DNA from: Thecamonas trahens ATCC 50062
Lineage: Eukaryota > Protista > Apusomonadida
NCBI RefSeq assembly: GCF_000142905.1
Contig: NW_013657651.1
Span: 310,001-374,000, forward strand
Length of the DNA stretch: 64,000 bases
Direction of reading: 5' to 3'
The position numbers and the translations under genes are program-made. Each line of letters begins with the position of its first letter. Position 1 is the stretch's first letter. The notes beneath the pieces were generated by a model that saw only the letters and a program-made list of their open reading frames with translations, did no database searches and was not told the origin of the DNA. This document shows positions 55,947 through 64,000 of this stretch, piece after piece.

Positions 55947-56428
55947 CCACTTGTGGAGCAGGAGACGAGTGTATGCTCGGCCAGGCGGGCTCCTAGGCGA
56001 GATCGCAGCAGCTGGCACTGGGCATAGACGTCTGCGGTAGACACTCCTATGATACCTCTTTGACCGCGATCTCGGCCGTTTGGCCCCTAGCAGGGCAGCT
56101 CCGAGTACCTCGTTGCGGGCAGCAGATCATCGCCACCATTCGCGCGAGCACAAGGCATAAAACCCTGCTCTACACTTGCTCCGGCATCAGCCATCATTCT
56201 CACCCAACCGCGATCACTTTGGCCCAGGCAAGAGCATCAGCAACGCACCAGGCTCGCCGTAGGTGGGCATGATTGGGGCAGCTGATCGGGGGAGAAAAAG
56301 AAAAGAAAGAGAAGAAAAAAAACAGCCCACCAAGATCAAGTTGCAAGAGCTGACCGCACGTGCAGCTTTGGGCTCTGGGCCGAGGACGGCGAGACAGCCG
56401 CAGACGTGACTTGCAGACAACCGTGGGT

Positions 56429-57576
56429 ATGGGCAAATACCTTTGCGTGGCATGTATGCTGGCAGTGGTGGTGGTTGTGGGCATGAGTGTGGAGGCGGAG
56501 GCGAGCGTGCGGACTGTCTTTGTCTCGCCAACCGGTTCGGACAGCAACAGCGGGAGCGAGTCATATCCGTTTGCCACACTCGGGCATGCCATTACCTCTG
56601 CTGGCGAGAATGGAACAGTCAATGTCCTGGCAGGCGTTTACACTCGCATTCCGTCCATTGATGTCGATGGCATTGTCATCAACGGCTACCCTGATCTCAA
56701 GCCGAGGAAGCATGTCATCTCCTTCCTCCACACCTATCCCTCGCCCGTCCTGTCCATCTCGGCCAAGCGAGTCATCATCAACGGCATCGGCTTCTCGCAG
56801 TCACGCGGGTACGCCGGTACCTACGGCGCTGTTCATATCGCCCGCCCGGCCGAGGTCGCCATGCAGCAATGTGAGTTCTGGGACAACTCGGTCGGGATCT
56901 CAGTCATGGGCGGCTCGGTGGCTGTCGGCCAGACCGCGTTCTCCACCATCCTCTCGGACGGCAAGTCCGGCACGGCGGTGCTCATGCAGTACGGCGACTT
57001 TGGCAACGGCGGCCAGGCCGCGCTTGAAAACGCGGTCGTGTACGGTGGCACGGATCTGAGCTCGGCCAAGGGGACGGCGGTCAAGATCTCGGGTGGGCCG
57101 GCGACGTTTGAGGCGTTCAACACGGTCTTTGCCAACCTCGCTGCAGTCTCGACCATGGGCTACATCAACAAGGATGTCCAGCTTGTGTTCTCGTCGGCCA
57201 ACGTGACCGGAACAACCCGTGCGTTCTACGCGTACGGCATGCAGCAGCCAGGTCGCGGCCAGCTGACCATCGAGAACTCGGTGGTGGCCAACGGCGGCGG
57301 CTCGGACGTCGACGGCCCTGGCGTGTCGGTCGGCTCCGGCGTGACGGTTGCTATCAAGGCCACGACCTTCAGCTCGCTCACCACCACCGGCAACGGGGCG
57401 CGCTCTACTGCGGCGACCAGGCGTCAATGTCGGTCATCGACTCGACGCTCGTCGACAACTCGGCGGCCGATGGCTCGCCGGCGTGGTGCTCTTCCTCCTG
57501 CGGCTTTGTTGCCGACAATGTCTCATCGCAGCACAACACTGCCAAGTCGCAAACCGGCAAGTGTCCCGGCGTGTAG
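56429..57576 (+). CDS. Secreted right-handed beta-helix (pectin-lyase fold/DUF1565-like) protein; frame break at G4 57395-57398
   Basis: Signal peptide; VFVSPTGSDSNSGSESYPFATLGHAI..VNVLAGVY. One extra G restores NGGALYC...L.DN.A and a stop at 57576. Confidence 0.8.
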
Positions 57577-57865
57577 CAGGTGGAACACCCTCGGCAACGT
57601 CCGCATCCCCACGAGCGATGAATTTCTCCACTATGCGCAACATGCGCGCATAAACACACACACACTCTCTCTCTCTCTTCAACATCTCATCTCAGCCCTC
57701 CTTCGCCAGCTATCGTACGGGCGAAATCAGGCGACACTGCCCTCCCCCAGCCTGGCAACGGCGGCTGTTTACGGAGCCCGAGCCTCAATCCTCCGCCCGC
57801 CTGCCCGTCCACACGCCTCACCAACCCACTCGTCTCCACCTCCTACCTCGCTCCCGCGACTCATC

Positions 57866-58527
57866 ATGGCCATGGACGAGCGCGAGCTCTTCCAAGTACG
57901 AAGCCCAGCCACCGCTCCCCATCCCACCTCCATCACCTCCCATCCCCCCCCCCCCCCCCCTCTCCTTCTCTTCACACACACTCACGCTGTTCGCAATGGC
58001 GGTGGTAGGCTCTGACCCGGGCACTGGAAGAGGTGCGGGTGAACGGAGTGCCGTCTGGAGAGGAACCATCGCGTGTGCTGTCACTGCAAGGATTGATTGG
58101 CGTGAGCGGAGAAGAGCTTCTGGACATGGTGGAAGAGTGTGGTACCGTCACCCACTATGTGGTTACTCCTGGTCTGGCATCAGCCATGTTGATCTTTGCT
58201 ACCCAGCGAGATGCTGAAGCTGGTCATGCTCGTCTCAGGAATGCTCGGCTTGGGGAGCGGCCCGATGAGTATGTGGTCAAATTTGGCAAGAACCCTACGT
58301 TGTCGGATGAAGAGCTCTCCAGGCTGCTCCTTGTTCCACCGCACAAGACAAACTTTCTCATCTCGCCGCCGCCATCTCCGCCTGATGACTGGATCCCCGG
58401 TCCGGAGGACGGGCCCAACTCGCTGCAGGCCCCGGACGTCGACGAGCCCATTGTCCTTGATTCGCACGTTGTTCTCCTCTCCACCGACTCGCAGGACATG
58501 CCCAACATCCACTTTGAGCCGGCGTAA
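57866..58527 (+). CDS. RCAN: Calcipressin/RCAN (regulator of calcineurin); exons 57866-57895 and 58033-58527
   Basis: RRM-like N-terminus, LLVP, FLISPPPSPP signature, PxIxIT-like PNIHFE. Confidence 0.88.
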
Positions 58528-59124
58528 GGTCAGGCTGCTCCTTGCCGCGCCTGCGTCGCCTGGCCCGACTCTTGACTGATGTCGGCCGCCGGCTCGACCA
58601 CAGACGCCCCTTGCCCGTGTTGATCACATCCCCCTGTCTCATCCAAGCCGCTGCGATGAAGAAGCTCAAGAATTATGCGAAAGCTTTCCTGCCGACAACC
58701 ATCTCCATGGTGCGCCACATCAGATGTGTGTGTGTGTGCAATTTGCTTTGCTAAAATACTGCAGCATCCACGATCTCTGTTTCTGTGGAGACACATCCGT
58801 GTCCTCCGCCTTCCTCCCCCTCCCACCCCACCCTGCCACCCCCCCCCACACCAACCACCTCACCTCCTTCTTCCTTACCCACACCACCCACCTTTCTCAT
58901 CCCTGCATCCATCACCACCATCACCACCCAAATCACCTCCCCATCAGAAGACCAGTCATCCCGAAAACCAGCTCGTGATTTCATGCTGCCCCCCCCCTCA
59001 CCCCTCCCCCCCCCCCCTCTCCCCCAACGGCAGCCAAACTCTCTGGCGCCACACCACCTCGCTTCGTTCACCAAAGCCCCCCCCCTACGAGCTACGGCAG
59101 TTGTCGTTTGATTTGGCTCTCAGC

Positions 59125-60738
59125 ATGCTTACTTTGCACGGATTGCGTGGCCTCGTTGGAGCAGGCGGGCTCGGAAGGGTTGCAGGCGTGTTGGCTAGCC
59201 GGAGCGCGTCGTCGCAGGCTACTCAGCCGCCCGAGTCGCTCAAGACTGATTGGCTCACGCTCCCGACGTCGGACCAGGTCTTCCATCCGTCGAACCTCAA
59301 CCCTCACTTGGTCAAGATGGAGTATGCTGTCCGCGGACTGCTGGTGCAGACAGCAGAGAAGCTCGAGGCACAGCTCCGCCGAGGCGAGCTCGATGATGCT
59401 CCGTTTGACAAGATTGTGTACTGTAACATCGGCAATCCGCAGGCGCTCGACGACATTGCGCTCACCTTTATCCGGCAGGTCCTTGCTCTGGTCACCTACC
59501 CTGGACTCATCGATGCGGTCCGCGGAGGCCAGATCTCGGAAGAGCTCTTCCCATCGGATACGGTTGCCCGGGCCGAGGACATCCTTGCTTCTGTGCCTGG
59601 CGGCGTCGGCGCGTACTCGCATTCGATGGGCATTCCCTACGTCCGGCAAAAGGTGGCGCAGTTTATTGAGGAGCGCGACGGATACCCGTCCGATCCAGAG
59701 GCCATCTTCATCACCGACGGCGCGTCGCCGGGCATCTCGACCGTCATCCAGTCGCTCATCCGCGGGCCGAACGACGGCATCCTCCTTCCTGTCCCGCAGT
59801 ATCCGCTGTACTCGGCGACGGTGGCGGCGTGCGGCGGAACGCAGGTCGACTATTACCTTGACGAGGCCAATGGGTGGTCGCTTGACGTGGCTGAGCTCGA
59901 CCGGGCGGTGACCGAAGCCAAGGCCAACGGCGTCGGCCCGCGGGCGCTCGCGGTCATCAACCCGGGCAACCCGACCGGCCAGGTCATGTCTGCGAACAAC
60001 ATCGCGGACGTCATTCAGTTCTGCGCCGACCACCACCTCATTGTCCTTGCCGACGAGGTCTACCAGGAGAATGTGTACGATCCAGACAACAAGCCGTTTG
60101 TCTCGTTTAAGAAGGCGCTGATGGACTCGGCGCCGGGCGTCCGCGACCGAGTCGAGCTTTTCTCCTTCCATTCAGTTTCCAAGGGCATGCTTGGCGAGTG
60201 CGGCCTCCGCGGCGGCTACATGGAGGCGCACAACATTCACCACGATGGTATGGCGCAGCTGTACAAGAACGTCTCGGTCTCGCTCTGCTCCAACACCATC
60301 GGCCAGCTCACCGTCGGCCTCATGGTCGACCCGCCCCAGCTCGGTGACCCGTCGTACCACCTCTACACCAAGCAGTACCGCAAGCAGTACAAGTCACTCA
60401 AGCGCCGCGCCCTCGCCCTCACCGACGCGCTCAACTCGATGGAGGGCGTGAGCTGCAAGCCAGCGTCGGGCGCCATGTACGCCTTCCCGCAGATCACCCT
60501 CCCAGCCGCCGTTGCTGCCGCTGCTTCGGACCTCTACATGTCGCCCGACACGTACTACTGCCTCGAGCTACTCAAGGGCACTGGCGTGTGCGTCGTCCCC
60601 GGCTCCGGCTTTGGTCAGGTCGACGGCACCTACCACTTCCGCACCACCTTCCTCCCGCCCGAGCACGAGCTTGCCAAGGTCGGCGAGACCGTCGCCAAGT
60701 GGCATGCCGAGTTTATGGACAAGCACCGTGGCTCGTGA
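59125..60738 (+). CDS. GPT: Alanine aminotransferase (PLP class I), probably mitochondrial
   Basis: MEYAVRG, CNIGNPQ, GAYSHSMG, PQYPLYSA, INPGNPTGQ, ADEVYQEN, SFHSVSKG, GECGLRGGY, VPGSGFGQ..GTYHFRTT; presequence-like N-terminus. Confidence 0.96.
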   Translation: MLTLHGLRGLVGAGGLGRVAGVLASRSASSQATQPPESLKTDWLTLPTSDQVFHPSNLNPHLVKMEYAVRGLLVQTAEKLEAQLRRGELDDAPFDKIVYCNIGNPQALDDIALTFIRQVLALVTYPGLIDAVRGGQISEELFPSDTVARAEDILASVPGGVGAYSHSMGIPYVRQKVAQFIEERDGYPSDPEAIFITDGASPGISTVIQSLIRGPNDGILLPVPQYPLYSATVAACGGTQVDYYLDEANGWSLDVAELDRAVTEAKANGVGPRALAVINPGNPTGQVMSANNIADVIQFCADHHLIVLADEVYQENVYDPDNKPFVSFKKALMDSAPGVRDRVELFSFHSVSKGMLGECGLRGGYMEAHNIHHDGMAQLYKNVSVSLCSNTIGQLTVGLMVDPPQLGDPSYHLYTKQYRKQYKSLKRRALALTDALNSMEGVSCKPASGAMYAFPQITLPAAVAAAASDLYMSPDTYYCLELLKGTGVCVVPGSGFGQVDGTYHFRTTFLPPEHELAKVGETVAKWHAEFMDKHRGS

Positions 60739-60768
60739 GCGCGTAAAGCTACACAGACTCCATGCTAC

Positions 60769-62268
60769 TCACTCTTTGCCGCTGATGCTCGGCCCTGCCG
60801 CGGCGGCCACCTCGAGGTGATGCACGAGGGCGGTGAAGAGCGAGGCCGGCAGCGAGCGGGTGCCGGGCGAGAGCGGAGCTGGCAGCGCTGGAGCTGACTG
60901 CTTTGGGCCGGCACGGCGAGCCGCGAGTGCAGTGGCGGCTGCCTCGGCGCTCTCCATCGCGCTTGTGAGCATGTCCTGCGACTTGGCGACAACGTCCAGC
61001 TCCAGAGCCACGGCGTCGCGGCGGGTGCGGAGCCGCCGCAGGCCGCGCTTAGACGGCCCGTCGCCAGGCACAGGATTCGCCTTTGTCTCACAAAGATGGA
61101 CATCGAGCTGCTCGGCCTCGAGCGCAAGGAGCTCAGCCAGGACCTCGTGATCAGCCTGCAACGCAGCTGCCGTCGACTGGAACAGCTCCAGCTCAACAGC
61201 TGCCGCGTCGCGCTGCGCCTCGTCCCCGCCCTCGCCGGACAGCACTCGCGCCGCCCTCGCCCACACAGTAGTGAGCAGGCGCATGGCCTCGGCGGTCTCG
61301 GCCTGGAGGACAAGCAAGTTGGGCGGCTCGTAGTCGGACGAGGTGGTCGACTCGTCGAGGCACGAGTCGGAGCACGACGAGAGCGAGAAGCCCATCTCGT
61401 TCCGCTCGACCATGTCCATCACCATGTCAGTTGTCGGCGTGAACGGGACCGACTCGGCCTCGGACGAGTCCTCCGAGTACGACTCGCGGCGGATGGCTAC
61501 CGGCGCAGGGCGTCGCGAGTCGAGCTTTCGTCGGCGCCCAGGTGGAGGTGGTGGCGGCGACGACGATGACGACGATGACGACGATGATGATGATGACTCG
61601 GACGACGACGATGACGACTGTGGCAGCGGCGGAGACTCGCGGCTGCCGGCATCACGCACAGCAGCAAGGGTCACAGCGTCAATGGCTTCGTCCAGCAGCG
61701 CATCGGCCATGACCGGCACCAGCGCCGACGTCAGGTCGGCGGCCACCGTGTCGATGATGCCATCGTCTGCGACGTTCTCAGCGAGCTCGACAACCACCTC
61801 GTCGATCACCAGCTCCGCAGCAAGCGACACCAGTGTCTCCGTGCCTGACTCGAGAGTGTCGTTCTGATCACACTCACCACTGCTGCTTTCCTCAACCGCC
61901 AGCACCGCATTGAGCTCTTCATCATCCGGCCCTGATCCCCAGGCTCCACCGCTTCCGCTTGACGACCCCCATCCCGAGCCGTCGGAACTGATGTCCTGCA
62001 CATCATCGATCTCGTCACCACAAACGTCAGCCTGGCCATCACTTTGATCGACACCAAGGCCAGCAGCTCCATGCCCGAGCCGTCCACCTCCATCGCTCTC
62101 TGTACTGCACTCCCAGCCCGAACCGGACTCACCCGAGTGCTCCGCCTCAACGGCACTCGGCCTGGCCGGACCACTGCTGGCGAGCACCACCCCGCGCCCA
62201 CGCACAGCCGCAACACGGGGAGCTGCTTGTACGCTCGCCTCGAGACCAACTTGGGCAAAGATATCCAT
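60769..62268 (-). CDS. Acidic/Ser-rich protein with possible C-terminal BAG-like helical domain
   Basis: Long ORF with coding bias; LAELLALEAEQLD...LRTRRDAVALELD loosely resembles BAG helices 2-3. Confidence 0.5.
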   Translation of the reverse strand: MDIFAQVGLEASVQAAPRVAAVRGRGVVLASSGPARPSAVEAEHSGESGSGWECSTESDGGGRLGHGAAGLGVDQSDGQADVCGDEIDDVQDISSDGSGWGSSSGSGGAWGSGPDDEELNAVLAVEESSSGECDQNDTLESGTETLVSLAAELVIDEVVVELAENVADDGIIDTVAADLTSALVPVMADALLDEAIDAVTLAAVRDAGSRESPPLPQSSSSSSESSSSSSSSSSSSSPPPPPPGRRRKLDSRRPAPVAIRRESYSEDSSEAESVPFTPTTDMVMDMVERNEMGFSLSSCSDSCLDESTTSSDYEPPNLLVLQAETAEAMRLLTTVWARAARVLSGEGGDEAQRDAAAVELELFQSTAAALQADHEVLAELLALEAEQLDVHLCETKANPVPGDGPSKRGLRRLRTRRDAVALELDVVAKSQDMLTSAMESAEAAATALAARRAGPKQSAPALPAPLSPGTRSLPASLFTALVHHLEVAAAAGPSISGKE

Positions 62269-62392
62269 GTCCGCCGAGACGCGTATGCGTGTAGGTTTAT
62301 GTAGCTTGCCGCCGCGCGAGCTGACTCGAGTTGGCCCCTCTCCCTCCCTTCCCCCCCCCCCCCCCCCCCCGGCATTAAAGACAACGACACGT

Positions 62393-64000
62393 TCATTCAT
62401 CGCCATCGCTGGAGGATGGCGGGACGGCGTTGATCATACCGCTTGCAATCGAGCTGGCCTGCTGCGGCTCGACAACGTCCATGTCAACGACACACAAGTC
62501 GGGCTCGCCGCTGCTGAGCGACTCGGCTTCGGTGGCGATGGCGTCGACAAGAAGGGTGGCGAGCGGGGCGAGGGCGGCAATCTGAGAGTCGGGTCGGCTG
62601 GCGGCGACGCCGGCGATCCACGACGTGGATGACAGAAAGACCGGGAGCAGCGGCTCAAGCTGCGGGAGGAGCAGGTCCGGCCGCATGTGCAGCGCCATGC
62701 CGATGAGCACGAGGATGTCGCGCATGTAGGCGGCAGAGGCGGCGACGGTGGCAGGCGAGTGCGTGTCGGACAGGGCGAGGGCAAACCGCGTTCCTGACGC
62801 CGGCGGAGGACCAAGAACAAAGACCTCTTGCGAGAGCGCCTCGACCAGTCGGACGATGAGGACAAGGCTCCGGTTTCGGGCAGTTGTGCCAGCAGTTTGC
62901 GACATGGCGGTGCCGAGGACCTGCGAGGCTGCAATCTGCGAGCCAAGCGTTCCGGTTGCCTGCGGCAGCGGAGTCGTGTCGAGCAGCGTCTCCAGCCCGG
63001 CATCGCTCGTTGCCACGACGTACGACAGGATGCGGACGACGCGCCGGCGGAGGCGGCGGACCTCGTCGGGCGCGTACTCGGTCGACGCCGAGAGCAGTGC
63101 CGCCACCCGCAGCAGCGGCGACGTCCTGCTTGGCTCAAGCAGGAGCGCCAGGAGCCGCGGCGCGCGGACGAGCGCCTGCAGCAGCTCGACAGCGCCCTCA
63201 CGGATGGCCAGCGGCTGCTTTGGCGAGAGCAGCGCGTCGAGGTAGCCGCGCGAGAACAGGATGCGGAACGAGGCGAGCGTGTCCGGCGGGAGCGCGCGAG
63301 CCACAAAGGTGAGCGCCGCCACCAGCGCTGCCACCGTCTCGTCCGCCATGAACTTTTCAAAGTTGTCGAGCATGTAGCGGACGACCTGGATCGGGTTCAT
63401 CGCGGCACGCTCGTCGTCCCACCGCTCGCCGCCGAGGTCCATCGCTCGCGGGCCTGAGCCGTGCCCGGCGGCGGCGTCGTCGTCAGAGTCAACAATGGCA
63501 CCAGCTAGCGGCGAAGAGACGGGATCAAAACCGGCGCCCTGACTTCCGCCGGCACCAAAGCCAAGCTCGGCGTCAGCGGTCGCCGAGTTGGCGAGCAGGG
63601 TTCGTGCGTCGGGCGAGAACGCGAGGATCGCACCGAGTACCGACAGCACCGCGGCGTGGACCTTGGCCGGCGCCTCGGCCACTAGGTTGGCGCCAAGGAG
63701 AGCAAAAAGGTCCGGGAGGCACGCCGGCTCACACGAGGTGGCAAGCATCCGGAGGAGGATGCCGAGTAGCGCTTGCGAGAGAGCGTCGGCATCGTAGCTG
63801 GCCTCAAGTCCTCCGGGCCGCGGACCGGCGCTGCCGCCGACACTCAGTGTGCCGCCGCCCGAGCCGAGAACTTGCGACGCCACAGGCGTGGTGTGCGAGA
63901 AGCCGAGCCGCATCCGCGGCCGGTGTACCGGGCTGCCTGGTAGCCGCGGCGCAAGACCAGCTTCGCCGGCCGCATTGATGGTCGCTGCCGTGTCGGGCGT
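62393..64000 (-). CDS. HEAT/ARM-repeat protein, ATRIP/Rad26/SUV2-like C-terminal part (5' end outside window)
   Basis: LLSPKQPLAIREGAVELLQALVRAP, LRRRVVRILSYVV..S..GLE.LL and MRDILVLI resemble remembered ATRIP-family blocks. Confidence 0.5.
   Translation of the reverse strand, partial: TPDTAATINAAGEAGLAPRLPGSPVHRPRMRLGFSHTTPVASQVLGSGGGTLSVGGSAGPRPGGLEASYDADALSQALLGILLRMLATSCEPACLPDLFALLGANLVAEAPAKVHAAVLSVLGAILAFSPDARTLLANSATADAELGFGAGGSQGAGFDPVSSPLAGAIVDSDDDAAAGHGSGPRAMDLGGERWDDERAAMNPIQVVRYMLDNFEKFMADETVAALVAALTFVARALPPDTLASFRILFSRGYLDALLSPKQPLAIREGAVELLQALVRAPRLLALLLEPSRTSPLLRVAALLSASTEYAPDEVRRLRRRVVRILSYVVATSDAGLETLLDTTPLPQATGTLGSQIAASQVLGTAMSQTAGTTARNRSLVLIVRLVEALSQEVFVLGPPPASGTRFALALSDTHSPATVAASAAYMRDILVLIGMALHMRPDLLLPQLEPLLPVFLSSTSWIAGVAASRPDSQIAALAPLATLLVDAIATEAESLSSGEPDLCVVDMDVVEPQQASSIASGMINAVPPSSSDGDE

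Noticed and set aside
58675-59124. 150-aa Pro/His-rich extension of alanine aminotransferase (similarly 51234-51734 and 11917-12298)
   Set aside because: Translation of C-rich intergenic or intronic sequence upstream of the plausible start or acceptor.

Overview
Gene-dense, GC-rich, intron-poor eukaryotic nuclear DNA from a draft assembly with five N gaps and many poly-G/C tracts. The style and gene content suggest a free-living flagellate such as an apusomonad (Thecamonas-like); this is an inference. About 30 protein genes are present. Recognisable housekeeping genes: SGT1, prolyl 4-hydroxylase, Cdc4-like F-box/WD40, calnexin, PP2C, THUMPD1/Tan1, DDX52/Rok1, RasGAP, a TLC protein, ADA3, TAF12, an AMPK/MARK-like kinase, calcipressin, alanine aminotransferase and an ATRIP-like gene. 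Unusual genes: a CASTOR/POLLUX/DMI1-type channel, a Vam7-like PX-SNARE, a talin-head-like FERM + SH3 + LD-motif protein, a LIM + helical bundle + LD-motif protein, an IQCE-like coiled coil fused to EF-hands, an F-box + pseudo-GTPase + CaaX protein, an inactive IMP/S26 peptidase and a divergent ASF1-like protein. At least 11 coding frame breaks are each repaired by adding one base to a short homopolymer, most likely sequencing undercalls. There is a 4 x 169 bp tandem array and a 12 bp minisatellite in divergent promoters. No rRNA, tRNA, CRISPR or transposon was recognised. All family assignments come from motif recognition by eye; no database search was run.
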